Source: Alphaproteobacteria bacterium UBA7314
GTDB taxonomy: Bacteria; Pseudomonadota; Alphaproteobacteria; MPNO01; UBA830
DNA length: 64,000 nucleotides
Assembly (NCBI GenBank): GCA_002471575.1
Contig: DKQG01000046.1
Location: forward strand, 20,043-84,042
Direction: 5' to 3'
The notes beneath the pieces are model-generated. The model was given only the letters and a program-made list of their open reading frames with translations. It had not been told where the DNA came from and made no database searches. Of the stretch, positions 25,272-35,594 are shown piece by piece. The number at the start of each line of letters is the position of its first letter. Positions within the stretch are counted from its first letter, which is position 1. A program made the position numbers and the translations under genes.

Positions 25272-25299
25272 CCTGTTATTTCGGTACGGATGTAACAGG
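25272..25299. promoter_or_regulatory. Inverted repeat CCTGTTA-N14-TAACAGG upstream of the GT9-TetR operon
   Basis: 7-bp perfect arms at 25272-25278 and 25293-25299, between the proposed GT9 start (25250) and the divergent EamA gene (25377). Confidence 0.25.
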
Positions 25300-25376
25300 T
25301 CGGGCGATTCCGCGACAGGGCCGGTGCGACATCGCATTGAACCCGCGGCGCCGGTCTGTTACGCAGGACCTTCTCC

Positions 25377-26297
25377 ATGCCCTGCCGGATTAGTCGGAAA
25401 GAAGAGCATTTGAACGCCCCCGGCGCCTATGAACCAGAGCTGAACAACGTCCGCGGTATTCTGTGGATGCTGGCGGCCGTCACGACGCTGACCACCATGT
25501 TCGCCATCGTAAAACAGATGTCGACGGAATTGCCGGTCTTCGTTGTCGCGCTGGCACGTACCTTCTTTGCGCTGTGCATGCTGACGCCATGGCTGATACG
25601 GAACGGCCGTGCAGGGATCCGGACCACCCGGCACGGATTACATTTCGTTCGCGCCTTTTTCGGAATAACCGCGTTCGTCTGCGTGGTATTCGCGTTGGAA
25701 CACCTGATACTCGCAGATGTGATGGTGTTGGCGTTTACGTCGCCTTTCTGGTCAATATTGATCGGCGCGGTGGTGCTGCACGAAGTCATTCGCGGCCGCC
25801 GCGTGGCGGCAACCCTGGTGGGCTTCTGTGGTGTCCTGATGATCGTCAAGCCGCAGGGCGGTATCGAGCCCGCAATGCTGTTGGCATTGCTGAGCGCCGT
25901 GCTGACGTCCTGCGCGATGATCTCGATGAAAAGCCTGTCGGCCACTGAGCCGCCGACGCGGATCGTGTTCTATTTCATGTTCTTCGGCACGCTGATCATG
26001 TTGCCTGGTGCCATACTGACATGGGAAACGCCGACGCTGGCGCAAACCGGCTGGCTGCTAATGGCCGGCGTTCTGGGCGCGGTTGGCCAGGATTTTCTCG
26101 CACGGGCCTACGACGCAGGCGAAATCGGCATCGTCGCCCCTTTCGATTTCATGCGGCTGCCAGTGGCCGCATTGCTTGGCTATCTGATCTTCGCAGAGCT
26201 CCCCGATCCGTGGTCCATCGCGGGAACCATCGTGATCATCGCCTCTGCACTCTACCTGATGCGCCGTGGCCGGATCGAACAGCGCGGGCGCAGGTAA
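25377..26297 (+). CDS. DMT superfamily (EamA-like) transporter
   Basis: About ten hydrophobic segments with duplicated EamA-type halves (ILWMLAAVTTLTTMFAIVK..., LLALLSAVLTSCAMISMK...). The start is uncertain. Confidence 0.8.
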   Translation: MPCRISRKEEHLNAPGAYEPELNNVRGILWMLAAVTTLTTMFAIVKQMSTELPVFVVALARTFFALCMLTPWLIRNGRAGIRTTRHGLHFVRAFFGITAFVCVVFALEHLILADVMVLAFTSPFWSILIGAVVLHEVIRGRRVAATLVGFCGVLMIVKPQGGIEPAMLLALLSAVLTSCAMISMKSLSATEPPTRIVFYFMFFGTLIMLPGAILTWETPTLAQTGWLLMAGVLGAVGQDFLARAYDAGEIGIVAPFDFMRLPVAALLGYLIFAELPDPWSIAGTIVIIASALYLMRRGRIEQRGRR

Positions 26298-26315
26298 GCC
26301 GACAAGGAAGGTTAT

Positions 26316-27506
26316 TTACTTCCGCTTCGAAATTGACTTCACCTTGCGCTGCTTGACCCCGCCATAGGCACTCAACGGCCGGATCAGGCTGTTGCTCGCA
26401 TTCTGTTCCAGGATATGAGCCGACCAGCCGGTGATCCGGCTCATCACGAAGATCGGCGTATACATATCGATCTCGAAACCCATCAGGTAGTAGGCGGGGC
26501 CCGCCGGGAAATCGAGATTGGGATGAATACCCTTCTCGTTGATCATGATGTCCTGGAGAATGTCTGAGATCTCCAGCCACTTGGTGTCGCCCTTCCATGC
26601 CGCAAGGTCTTCGAGGGCAGCGCGCATTGTCGGGACGCGGGAGTCTCCCTGCTTGTAGACCCGGTGGCCGAAACCCATGACGAGTTCCTTATTTGCCTGT
26701 TTGTCGCGCAGCCATTTCTCGGCACGCGCCGGCGTTTTGATATCGATCAGATTGTACATGACCGCTTCGTTCGCCCCGCCGTGCAGCGGACCCTTTAGGG
26801 ATCCGATCCCACCGGTCACCGCGCTGTAAATATCCGAGCGCGACGAGGTAATCACCCGCGCAGTGAAGGTCGATGCGTTGAAGCTGTGTTCCGCGTACAG
26901 GATTAGCGAAATGTCGAATGCCCGGATGACTTCTCTCGGCGGCACCTTGCCGAAGCACATGTGGAAAAAGTTTTCCGACATCGTCAGATCCTTACGCGGC
27001 GCGATACGCTTCATGCCCTTCCGGAACCGGTAGTCGGTGGCGATCATGGTCGGGATCTTGGCCAGCATGTTCATTGCCCGTTCTAGGTCATTATCCGCTG
27101 ACTCACCGCCCCAGGCGGTTTCCGTGGTTCCGAGATAACTGACGGAGGTGCGCAAAGTATCCATCGGATGGGCGCGTTTCGGATACTGCCGGATAACCTC
27201 GACATGCGATCGCGAAATATTGCGCCGGCTGCGTTCGTCTTTCTCGAACTTGCGCAACTGCGACCGGGTCGGGAGTTCACCATGCCACATTAGATAGGCA
27301 ACTTCTTCGAACCGACAGTTGGCGGCCAGGTCCTGCACCGCATAGCCGCGATAAGTCAGCGAATTAGTCTCCGGCATGACTTTTGACACAGATGTGGTAT
27401 CGACGGTGACACCGGCCAGCCCCTTATAGATTGTCGGTTCCGCCGCCTTCGCCTTATTTAATCTCTTCGACTTTTTGGCCGTTTTCTTCGCTGCTTTCTT
27501 TGCCAT
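26316..27506 (-). CDS. prpC: 2-methylcitrate synthase
   Basis: Blocks LTYRGYAVQDLA...FEEVAYLMWHGELPT, ILYAEHSFNASTF, GPLHGGANE and GFGHRVYK are close to E. coli PrpC (from memory). The ATG shares one nucleotide with the prpB stop. Confidence 0.9.
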   Translation of the reverse strand: MAKKAAKKTAKKSKRLNKAKAAEPTIYKGLAGVTVDTTSVSKVMPETNSLTYRGYAVQDLAANCRFEEVAYLMWHGELPTRSQLRKFEKDERSRRNISRSHVEVIRQYPKRAHPMDTLRTSVSYLGTTETAWGGESADNDLERAMNMLAKIPTMIATDYRFRKGMKRIAPRKDLTMSENFFHMCFGKVPPREVIRAFDISLILYAEHSFNASTFTARVITSSRSDIYSAVTGGIGSLKGPLHGGANEAVMYNLIDIKTPARAEKWLRDKQANKELVMGFGHRVYKQGDSRVPTMRAALEDLAAWKGDTKWLEISDILQDIMINEKGIHPNLDFPAGPAYYLMGFEIDMYTPIFVMSRITGWSAHILEQNASNSLIRPLSAYGGVKQRKVKSISKRK

Positions 27507-28417
27507 CACTCGCCTCCGTGACCATCGGTTCCAAAATTGAAGATGTCCTTATCGAACTTGTTGTAATCCTCATAATTGATCAACTCGTAGAGCCGTGCCC
27601 GCGTCTGCATCCGGTCGACGATTTCCTTCTGCGTACCCTGATGCTTGATCGCGGCGAAGCCGTCCTCGACCGCCTTCATCGACAAACGCAGCGAGGTCAC
27701 TGGATAGATTGCGATGTTGTAACCAAGTTCTTCCAGCTCGGTCTTGTTCAGCAACGGCGTCTTTCCAAATTCTGTCAGATTGGCGAGCAGCGGTACGTCA
27801 ATCGCTTCGCGTACTTTTTCGTATTCTTCCCAGCCCTGCAGCGCCTCTGGAAAGATCGCGTCCGCGCCCGCGTCGATGTAGGCCTTGCAGCGATCGATTG
27901 CGGCACTCAGTCCTTCCGACGCCCGCGCGTCCGTGCGCGCCATTAGAAGAAAATTGGTATCTTTCTTCGCATCCGAGGCGGCACGCAGCTTCATGGTCAT
28001 CTCCGCGACCGGCACGATCGATTTATTGTCCAGATGGCCGCAGCGCTTCGGGTTGACCTGGTCTTCCAGATGGCAGCCCGCCAGACCCAGCTCTTCGAAC
28101 TCCTGGACGCTGCGCGCCGCGCTAATCGGCTCGCCGAAACCAGTATCGATATCGATCAGCGCCGGCAGGTCGGTGACCCGCGAAATCTGACGACCGCGCT
28201 GAGAAACTTCGGTCAGTGTCGTCAGCCCGATATCCGGCAGGCCGAGCTCGGCCGAAAGCGCCGCACCCGAGATATAGACTCCATCGAAGCCCTGCTCCTC
28301 GATCACTAGTGACACGATGGGCGCATACGCGCCGGGAAACTGCAGAAGCCGCCCAGTCGCCAGCTCCTCGCGGAATGCGACCCGTTTTTCCGCGGCGGTC
28401 TTTTTGCCGAACAGCAT
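27506..28417 (-). CDS. prpB: Methylisocitrate lyase
   Basis: Blocks LQFPGAYAPI, VYISGAALS, IDIDTGFG, GCHLEDQVNPKRCGHL and MARTDA are PrpB/ICL-family motifs. Confidence 0.9.
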   Translation of the reverse strand: MLFGKKTAAEKRVAFREELATGRLLQFPGAYAPIVSLVIEEQGFDGVYISGAALSAELGLPDIGLTTLTEVSQRGRQISRVTDLPALIDIDTGFGEPISAARSVQEFEELGLAGCHLEDQVNPKRCGHLDNKSIVPVAEMTMKLRAASDAKKDTNFLLMARTDARASEGLSAAIDRCKAYIDAGADAIFPEALQGWEEYEKVREAIDVPLLANLTEFGKTPLLNKTELEELGYNIAIYPVTSLRLSMKAVEDGFAAIKHQGTQKEIVDRMQTRARLYELINYEDYNKFDKDIFNFGTDGHGGE

Positions 28418-29967
28418 CAGAAAATCCCCCTGTTGTCGCGGGCGGCATGATCCAGAGACGCGGCGTCAAGCGTGACGTGCAGCCCGCCAAGTTCGTTCGC
28501 TGTCAATTCGGGCAGGCGCTGCACGGTATCGAGGAAACGGTCGCGTTCGCCGTCGCTGATAATTCCGTCAACCAGCGTGTTGAACTTGTTGATGTAGTCT
28601 TCCCGCGCGAACGGGCGCGCACCCGCCGGATGCGCATCAGCCACCGCCAGTTCGTCTTCCAGCGTCGACCCATCCTTCATGGTGATGACGACGCGACCGC
28701 CAAATGCCCGCTGATTGGGGTCCGGATGGTGATAGCGCTCCGTCCATTTCGGGTCCTCGACCGTGGAAATACTGTGCCACAGTTTCACGGTGTCCGGTCG
28801 CTGGGCACGTTCGGGCGTGTAGGAATTGACGTGATGCCATGCCTGGTCTTGCAACGCGACCGCAAAGATATACATGATTGAATGATCAAGCGTTTCGCGG
28901 CTGGCGGTGGGATCCATCTTCTGCGGATCGCCGGCCCCAGTGCCAATTACGTAGTGGGTATGATGACTGGTCTGAATAACGATGTTATCGACGGCGTCGA
29001 AATCCGAAATCTTCGCACCCATCTTGCGCGCCAGGTCGATCAGCGCCTGGCTCTGGTATTCCGCAGAGTGTTCCTTGGTATAGGTTTCTAGGATCGCGCG
29101 CTTGGCCTCGCCCGCCTCCGGTAGCGGCACGGTATAGTTGGCGTCCGGCCCGTCCAGCATCCAGGCGATCACGCTGTCTTCGCCCTCGTAGATCGGCGAC
29201 GGCGCGCCCTCGCCCCGCATGCAGCGGTCGACGGCTTCAATCGCCAGCTTACCGGCATGAGCGGGCGCATAGGCCTTCCAGCTTGAAATCTCGCCCTTGC
29301 GCGACTGCCGCGTGGTGCAGGTAACGTGCAGACCCTGCTGTACCGACTGATAGATCGTCTCCGTATCCAGCCCTAAAAGCGTGCCGATCGCCGCCGATGC
29401 CGACGGACCGATATGGGCGATGTGATCGATTTTGTGCTCGTGCAGGCAGATGCCCTTCACGAGGTTAACCTGGATCTCGTAGCCCGTGGCGACGCCACGC
29501 AGCAGTTCGGCACCGGTCCGGCCTTTTTGCTGGGCGACAGCCAGGGTCGGCGGAATGTTATCGCCAGGATGGGAGTAATCTGCGGCGAGAAACGTGTCGT
29601 GATAGTCCAATTCGCGCACCGCCGTGCCGTTAGCCCAGGCCGCCCATTCGGCGGAAAACCGCTGATCGCCGGGCAACCCAAAGATCGTCGCGCCTCCATC
29701 TCTCGGATGGCAGATGGCCATCGCGCGGGCGTTCGCCACAGGACCGCGGTTGACCGACGCCATCGCCACGGATGCGTTGTCGATCACCCGGTTGATGACC
29801 ATGTCGGTCACTTCTTCGTCAATTGCGACCGGATCGGAGGCTACAGCGGCGATCTTCCACGCCAGCTGGTCTTCGCGTTTTAGCTCCTGCTTGGAGGGGT
29901 AAACCTTGACCTTATGATTTTTCACGGATGACGGCTCCGAATGGGGGCTGAAGAGGCGCGTCATCAT
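28417..29967 (-). CDS. prpD: 2-methylcitrate dehydratase
   Basis: MmgE/PrpD fold with PrpD-like blocks ([12 protein letters not shown]..., [23 protein letters not shown]). The start is taken at MMTRLF (29967). The stop shares one nucleotide with the prpB start. Confidence 0.9.
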   Translation of the reverse strand: MMTRLFSPHSEPSSVKNHKVKVYPSKQELKREDQLAWKIAAVASDPVAIDEEVTDMVINRVIDNASVAMASVNRGPVANARAMAICHPRDGGATIFGLPGDQRFSAEWAAWANGTAVRELDYHDTFLAADYSHPGDNIPPTLAVAQQKGRTGAELLRGVATGYEIQVNLVKGICLHEHKIDHIAHIGPSASAAIGTLLGLDTETIYQSVQQGLHVTCTTRQSRKGEISSWKAYAPAHAGKLAIEAVDRCMRGEGAPSPIYEGEDSVIAWMLDGPDANYTVPLPEAGEAKRAILETYTKEHSAEYQSQALIDLARKMGAKISDFDAVDNIVIQTSHHTHYVIGTGAGDPQKMDPTASRETLDHSIMYIFAVALQDQAWHHVNSYTPERAQRPDTVKLWHSISTVEDPKWTERYHHPDPNQRAFGGRVVITMKDGSTLEDELAVADAHPAGARPFAREDYINKFNTLVDGIISDGERDRFLDTVQRLPELTANELGGLHVTLDAASLDHAARDNRGIF

Positions 29968-30247
29968 AGTCCAGCCCGCGCTTGCGTCAACGAAACGGGG
30001 TCGCTGCCTTGCCGCACTTCTGACGCTGTGATAGGCCGGATGCAAATATACTGGACATAAGAGAAAATAACCGATGTCCGACTATACCTGCGGCTTTGCG
30101 TCGCCGCTCTGAATGAAAAGGCTAGGTTGTCCGAGCAGTTGACCACTGGCAATCGCTCTACTTACGTTGTCGGCCGCACGGTGACGATTTCGGATCCCGG
30201 GACAAACCCCGGATGACAATAGACTTTTTGACTTAAGGACGAATAAT

Positions 30248-31930
30248 ATGCCTGACGGTTCCTCTTCCAATCTCCGCACCGGCGGACAAATCTTGGTCGA
30301 TTGTCTGCGCCTGCACGGTGTCGATACCGTGTTCTGCGTACCGGGGGAAAGCTATCTCGCGACGCTCGATGCGTTCCACGACGTTCATGACAAGATCGAA
30401 CTTGTCGTATGCCGACAGGAAGGCGGCGTCACCAACATGGCCGATGCCTGGGGCAAGATGACTGGCAAACCCGGTATCGCCTTCGTCACCCGCGGGCCAG
30501 GCGCAACGAACGCCTCGGTCGGAATACACACCGCTCATCAGGATTCGACTCCGCTGATATTGTTCGTCGGGCAGATCGGCCGCGATATGGCCGAGCGCGA
30601 AGCCTTCCAGGAAGTCGATTACCGCCGCATGTTCGGTGAGATGACCAAATGGGTCGCCCAGATCGACAATCCTGCCCGCATCCCGGAGATGGTAAGCCGT
30701 GCGTTCCACGTTGCAACGTCGGGCCGCCCGGGCCCAGTGGTGCTCGCACTGCCAGAAGACATGCAGACCGAACGCGCCGATGCCGAGAACGGCCAGACCT
30801 ACCATACCGCGCAGGCAAATCCCGGAGCTGCCGACATAGACAGGTTCCGCGACATGCTCTCCGGCGCAAAGAACCCGCTGGTGCTGGCGGGCGGTGGCGG
30901 CTGGACGCAGGATGCCTGCGACGATCTGGCGGCCTTCACCGAGGCCAATCACCTGCCGGTCGCGGTCGCGTTTCGGCGCCAGGACCTGATGGACAACCGG
31001 CACCGAAACTTCGCCGGCGTTATAGGGCTCGGCATCAACCCGAAGCTAAAAGACCGGCTCGACGCCACTGACCTGCTGATCGTCCTCGGTTCGCAACTGG
31101 GAGAAATCGTCAGCGGCGGCTATACCTATTTCACATTCCCCAAGCCTAAGCAGACTATGATCCATATCTGTGCCGGGGTCGACGAACTCGGCAAGGTCTA
31201 TCAGGCCGATCTGGGGATTAATTCAGGAATGGCCGAATTCTGCGCCGCGGCGAGAGCCATGGCGCCGGTCGACGCACCATGGGAACGCGAAGCAGAGACC
31301 GCGCACTCGGATTACATCGCGTTTTCTACCCCGCCCGCGATGCCTGGAGACGTGAACTATTCGGAAATCGTGGGCTGGCTCAGCGACAACCTGCCGGAAG
31401 ACGCGGTCATCACCAACGGGGCTGGCAACTACACTGTCTGGGTGCACCGGTTCTTCCGCTACAAGCACTATGGCACGCAACTCGCACCGCAGTCAGGTGC
31501 GATGGGCTATGGCGTCCCGTCCGGCGTGGCCGCCGGCGTTTGCCACCGCGACCGAGTGGTCGTCTCGTTCAGCGGCGATGGCTGTTTCCAGATGAACGGC
31601 CAAGAAATCGGCACCGCTGTCCAGCACGGCGCCAAAACAATTTTCATAGTCGTCAATAACGGCATGTACGGCACGATCCGTATGCACCAGGAAACGCACT
31701 ATCCGAAGCGCAAATCCGGTACCGACCTGGTCAACCCGGATTTCGCCGCACTCGCTCGCGCCTATGGCGCCCATGGCGAAACGGTGACCAAGACCGCAGA
31801 TTTCGAAGTCGCTTTCGAGCGCTGCCGCGCGTTCGACGGCCCGGCGCTGATCGAGCTGGTGATCGAGCCAGACGCGGTGCTGCCGACGAACACGCTGTCG
31901 GGAATTCAGAAGGCGGCTTTGGAGGGATAA
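30248..31930 (+). CDS. Thiamine-diphosphate-dependent enzyme (acetolactate synthase large-subunit-like)
   Basis: 560 aa. Blocks FCVPGESYLATLDA, RQEGGVTNMADAWGKMTGKPG and the TPP motif GDGCFQMNGQE...NNGMYG are present. Confidence 0.9.
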   Translation: MPDGSSSNLRTGGQILVDCLRLHGVDTVFCVPGESYLATLDAFHDVHDKIELVVCRQEGGVTNMADAWGKMTGKPGIAFVTRGPGATNASVGIHTAHQDSTPLILFVGQIGRDMAEREAFQEVDYRRMFGEMTKWVAQIDNPARIPEMVSRAFHVATSGRPGPVVLALPEDMQTERADAENGQTYHTAQANPGAADIDRFRDMLSGAKNPLVLAGGGGWTQDACDDLAAFTEANHLPVAVAFRRQDLMDNRHRNFAGVIGLGINPKLKDRLDATDLLIVLGSQLGEIVSGGYTYFTFPKPKQTMIHICAGVDELGKVYQADLGINSGMAEFCAAARAMAPVDAPWEREAETAHSDYIAFSTPPAMPGDVNYSEIVGWLSDNLPEDAVITNGAGNYTVWVHRFFRYKHYGTQLAPQSGAMGYGVPSGVAAGVCHRDRVVVSFSGDGCFQMNGQEIGTAVQHGAKTIFIVVNNGMYGTIRMHQETHYPKRKSGTDLVNPDFAALARAYGAHGETVTKTADFEVAFERCRAFDGPALIELVIEPDAVLPTNTLSGIQKAALEG

Positions 31931-31982
31931 ATACTGCGAAAGGCTGAAACGCGATCAAAATTTTTTTCGCGGATATCAACCT

Positions 31983-32813
31983 CTACCCCATCAGCTTGTT
32001 CATATCCGGATGCAGGATGTTGTCCTTGCCCCAGGCAAGTTCGCCAGTATCAGCCAGCTCAGCGCAGGCGTCGCGGACATGGGTGTAGACCATCAGCGAG
32101 AATAATCCGCCGATACTGACCCGGGCGATACCGATGTCACGCAAATCGTCTAGCTTCGGCGCGGCGGGATTAGCAAGGACGTTCACAGGCCCGTCGATGC
32201 CGGCCACCAGCTTTTCCATAATTTCCCGATCTCGCACGAAGGGTACGAACACGCAACCAGCGCCTTCTTCCAGATAGGCGTTACCGCGCCGGATGGCCTC
32301 GTCGAGTGATTTCTCGTTGCCGCCACCGTAGAACACGTCGGTCCTCGCGTTAATCACAAAGGGCACGCCGGCGGCATCCGATGCCGCCTTGCCCGCCCTG
32401 ATGCGCGCCACCGATAGATCATAATCTAGCATCGGGTGCCCCGCGGCCTGCGAAGACGAATCCTCGATATTGGCACCGACCGCGCCAGCACCCAGCGTGG
32501 CGATCACTGTTTCTGCTACCGCTTCCGGTGCTTCGTCGTAGCCTGCCTCCATGTCGGCGGTCACCGGTACATCGACGCATTCCGCGATACGGCGCACGAT
32601 AAACAGCATGTCGTCGCGAGTGATGACCTCGCCGTCGGGATAACCAAGCGACCAGGCGACGCCAGCGCTGGAGGTCGCGATGACGGGATAGCCCGCATCA
32701 ACCACCACGCGGGCGCTGGCCACATCCCAAACGTTCGGAAGAATCAGCGTTTCATCTGCGTCGATCAGGGCCTGAAGTTTTTCGGCTTTCGCGATCAGTG
32801 CGGTTTTGTCCAT
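31983..32813 (-). CDS. Isocitrate lyase / PEP mutase family protein (PrpB paralog type)
   Basis: The start at MDKTALIAK is preceded by AAGGGGGA. Blocks LPNVWDVASA, ATSSAGVAWSLGYPDGE, DMEAGY, NIED and INARTD are present. Confidence 0.85.
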   Translation of the reverse strand: MDKTALIAKAEKLQALIDADETLILPNVWDVASARVVVDAGYPVIATSSAGVAWSLGYPDGEVITRDDMLFIVRRIAECVDVPVTADMEAGYDEAPEAVAETVIATLGAGAVGANIEDSSSQAAGHPMLDYDLSVARIRAGKAASDAAGVPFVINARTDVFYGGGNEKSLDEAIRRGNAYLEEGAGCVFVPFVRDREIMEKLVAGIDGPVNVLANPAAPKLDDLRDIGIARVSIGGLFSLMVYTHVRDACAELADTGELAWGKDNILHPDMNKLMG

Positions 32814-32993
32814 AGCATCCCCCTTGTTCCCGCCGATCATATCAGGCGAGAAAGAAGATGACAGGGCGGCAATCGCGCATCCCACTATCAATCTATTTCC
32901 CCGAGACTGACACTAGGGTCCAGCGCAACCGCATAGCGTGCAGCCACCAAAGCTTATTTCCCCAGATCAAGTCCTGAGGAAATAAATTGAGGG

Positions 32994-34316
32994 TTATTGT
33001 AGCGAGAAACCCGGTACAGCGCCGCCGTTTGCCATGTCCAGTACGCCATCGACGACTGCGTCCACATCGTTGATCGCCGCAAAGGACAGCAGTTCCCGCG
33101 CCTTAGCGATCATTTCGTCGCGGTTCAGTGGCAATTCAGGGTCGCCTTTGCAGGCATTGCGCACCGCCATAACCGACCCGCCGCCTTTCAGGTTCACCGT
33201 TACTTCGCCGCCCCAGTCTTCCGGGTATGCAGCGGTATAGTCTTCTCCGGCACGGACCGAGATCAGCTTGCGCAATTCGGCCGCCCTGTCACGAGACGTT
33301 AGGTCGTAGGATGCAAACTCGTTCTTACCGTCTATGAGGCTGATACCGACGCAGTGCTGCAATGAAAACTTGGCTTCGTACTCGCTTTCGGGCACCGGAC
33401 GATCACAAACATCGATGGCGGCCTGGTATGCAGCCACGTCGACGCTTTCGATGTTGTCGATATCGATCTTGCCGGACAGTTCGATCGCCGCGTCGATCAC
33501 CGGGTGCGTGTGCCGGCAGGATGGCCACGGCTTTATAGACGTTTTATGCACTTGCCAGGGCTCGTCCGGGTCGCGCAAAACTGCGCCTGGATCGGGGTCC
33601 GGGCAGGCGCCCGCAAACAGGCCCTGCGGTCCTTCGAGGATAGCCGGCGGTCCTGTAAACCCAAGCTGCGCCAGTTGTGCAGAGACGATCCCGGCCTCCG
33701 CGCCGCGACCGGCATGCAGATGCTTGCTCATCGCCCCGGTATTCAGGAATTCCCACAGCCCCGCCGATTGCGTTCCCGCATTGCCCAATGCATGAACGGT
33801 TTCCTCGTCCGTCAGCCTGAGCAACGTCGCCGCCGTCATCGCACCTCCGAACGTGCCGCAGGTCGCCGTGTTGTGCCAAATTTTGTAATGCGCCTTGCCG
33901 ACAGCCATGCCGACCCGTGTACAGGCCTCGAAGCCGCAGAGAATTGCTCTCAGAAATTCTTCCCCGCTCGGCATATTATCCTGCGCCAGTGCTATCGCCG
34001 CCGGAATGGTGACACAGGCCGGATGCACAACCGATGCCTTGTGCAAGTCGTCGACTTCTAGGATATGCGTCAGCCCACCCATCACCAAAGCGCGGCGGCC
34101 GGTGTCACCTTCGCGGCCTTTCAGATACGCCAGCAGCTTTTCACCCGGCACAGACCTGCGCCCCGCCAGCATGTTGGCGACGCCGTCTAGCGCGAACAGC
34201 GCCATCGCGTCCAGGTCTTCCTGGGCTACTGGCTTGTTGCGGATCAGTGACACCAGCTCCGCCGTCAGACTGCCATCGAAGGAGGGGTCGCGTATCTGTT
34301 TGCCGTCCGTGGTCAT
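32994..34316 (-). CDS. MmgE/PrpD family protein (function unknown; second family member in the window)
   Basis: 440 aa with the family pattern (LDGVANMLAG..., HILEVDDLH, VHPACV, HNTATCGTFG). Confidence 0.85.
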   Translation of the reverse strand: MTTDGKQIRDPSFDGSLTAELVSLIRNKPVAQEDLDAMALFALDGVANMLAGRRSVPGEKLLAYLKGREGDTGRRALVMGGLTHILEVDDLHKASVVHPACVTIPAAIALAQDNMPSGEEFLRAILCGFEACTRVGMAVGKAHYKIWHNTATCGTFGGAMTAATLLRLTDEETVHALGNAGTQSAGLWEFLNTGAMSKHLHAGRGAEAGIVSAQLAQLGFTGPPAILEGPQGLFAGACPDPDPGAVLRDPDEPWQVHKTSIKPWPSCRHTHPVIDAAIELSGKIDIDNIESVDVAAYQAAIDVCDRPVPESEYEAKFSLQHCVGISLIDGKNEFASYDLTSRDRAAELRKLISVRAGEDYTAAYPEDWGGEVTVNLKGGGSVMAVRNACKGDPELPLNRDEMIAKARELLSFAAINDVDAVVDGVLDMANGGAVPGFSLQ

Positions 34317-34339
34317 GGCTTGGAATACAGTTCAGATTA

Positions 34340-35566
34340 TTATGACGGCCGATAATTGGGGAAGCGATCCGATACATCCAGGTTAAACAGTTTCCGTGCA
34401 TTTTCACCGATGATGTTCCTGCGCTGCCGGTCGTCGAGGAACGGAAGGTCCCAGATGACACTCGGTAAGTCCATGTCCCAGTGCGGGTAATCGGAAGACC
34501 AGCAGAGCTGGGTTTCAGCGTTGATCATCTTGAAGGTCATTTCGAGGATATCGAGATCGTGCGGCATCTCCATAGGCTGCGACGAATAGTACATGTCAGC
34601 CATGTATTCGCTGGGTAGTTTCTTCAGCAACGGTGCCTCCGACGACCGCATGCGGTAGTCGTTGTCGAGCCGCTGCATCAGCCATGGGATCCAGGCGAGC
34701 CCGCTTTCGATCCACATCACATTCAGTTTAGGGAACCGTTCGGGCAGACCGTTTACGATCCAGTTGCACAGGTGCACGGCGTTGTAGATCGTGAAGCCGA
34801 GCGCGTGAGTGACAAGGAAACGGTTGGTATTGCCAAGCAGCTTGTCACTCCAGCTGTAGGACGCGTGGAACGACAGCGGCTTTCCCATTTCCTCGATAAG
34901 GGAATAGGTCTTCATATAGGCGTTGTCGTAGACAGGCTTGTAGCGCGTAGACACCACCATAAATCCGGCAACGCCCGGCGCGTCGCCGAAATCCTGCACG
35001 GTTTTGTAGGCCGCCTCCGGATCATTAAACGGCAGATACAGCATGGTCTTCAGCCGCGGTTCCTCCGCCAGGACCCGTTCGGTGAGCCAGCGGTTGTAGG
35101 CCCGCGACATCGCCACCTCGTATTCCGGCACCGGATGAAGGCCGAGCAACAACATCGGGCCGGGAAACAGCATCGCATAATCGACGCCAAGCGCATCCAT
35201 CCATTTAAGCGACAGGTGAATGTCCCGGTGACGGCCGTCTTCAGGCGTCAGATCCATTTTGCGTAGCGGGTAGCGCGTGATGCGCCCTGCCACGTCCTGC
35301 GCGCCGGGACTGCCTATCATGAACGGATTGTTCGCACCCGTGCCGGCACCGGCATAGACCTGGCCAGTCCGGCGCAGGACCGGGTCCTCGATGAATTCGA
35401 TGATCTCGGCCATAGATTCATTTTCGTAGTGATGGCAGTCGACATCGACGACCAGCGTGTCCTGCAGGTTCCGCTGATCACGCTGACGGGCAGCATTGAT
35501 AAGGAGCTTCGACGTGTCGAACTCCTCGATCGTCATCTTGTGCAGATGATCTGTAGGGATTTCCAT
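34340..35566 (-). CDS. Amidohydrolase_2 (ACMSD/LigW-type metal-dependent hydrolase/decarboxylase) family protein, copy A
   Basis: 408 aa. Blocks VVDVDCHHYENE, HALGFT and WSSDYPHWDMD are present. It is near-identical to the next gene. Confidence 0.85.
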   Translation of the reverse strand: MEIPTDHLHKMTIEEFDTSKLLINAARQRDQRNLQDTLVVDVDCHHYENESMAEIIEFIEDPVLRRTGQVYAGAGTGANNPFMIGSPGAQDVAGRITRYPLRKMDLTPEDGRHRDIHLSLKWMDALGVDYAMLFPGPMLLLGLHPVPEYEVAMSRAYNRWLTERVLAEEPRLKTMLYLPFNDPEAAYKTVQDFGDAPGVAGFMVVSTRYKPVYDNAYMKTYSLIEEMGKPLSFHASYSWSDKLLGNTNRFLVTHALGFTIYNAVHLCNWIVNGLPERFPKLNVMWIESGLAWIPWLMQRLDNDYRMRSSEAPLLKKLPSEYMADMYYSSQPMEMPHDLDILEMTFKMINAETQLCWSSDYPHWDMDLPSVIWDLPFLDDRQRRNIIGENARKLFNLDVSDRFPNYRPS

Positions 35567-35594
35567 CCGCTAAACCTCTCCCTCCGCCCTGTCT

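Noticed and set aside
27430-27509. A Lys/Ala-rich N-terminus of PrpC (MAKKAAKKTAKKSKRLNKAKAA) as a possible histone-like or DNA-binding extension.
   Set aside because: It is only about a dozen residues longer than the E. coli PrpC N-terminus, which is itself basic (..KPKKS..). It is most simply a low-complexity leader, and the first codon in the track is a GTG overlapping the prpB stop.
30233-31003. A 256-aa minus-strand ORF overlapping the start of the TPP enzyme gene.
   Set aside because: It is an antisense shadow ORF of a confidently identified plus-strand gene, with a Gly/Arg/Ala-rich low-complexity translation typical of GC-rich antisense frames.
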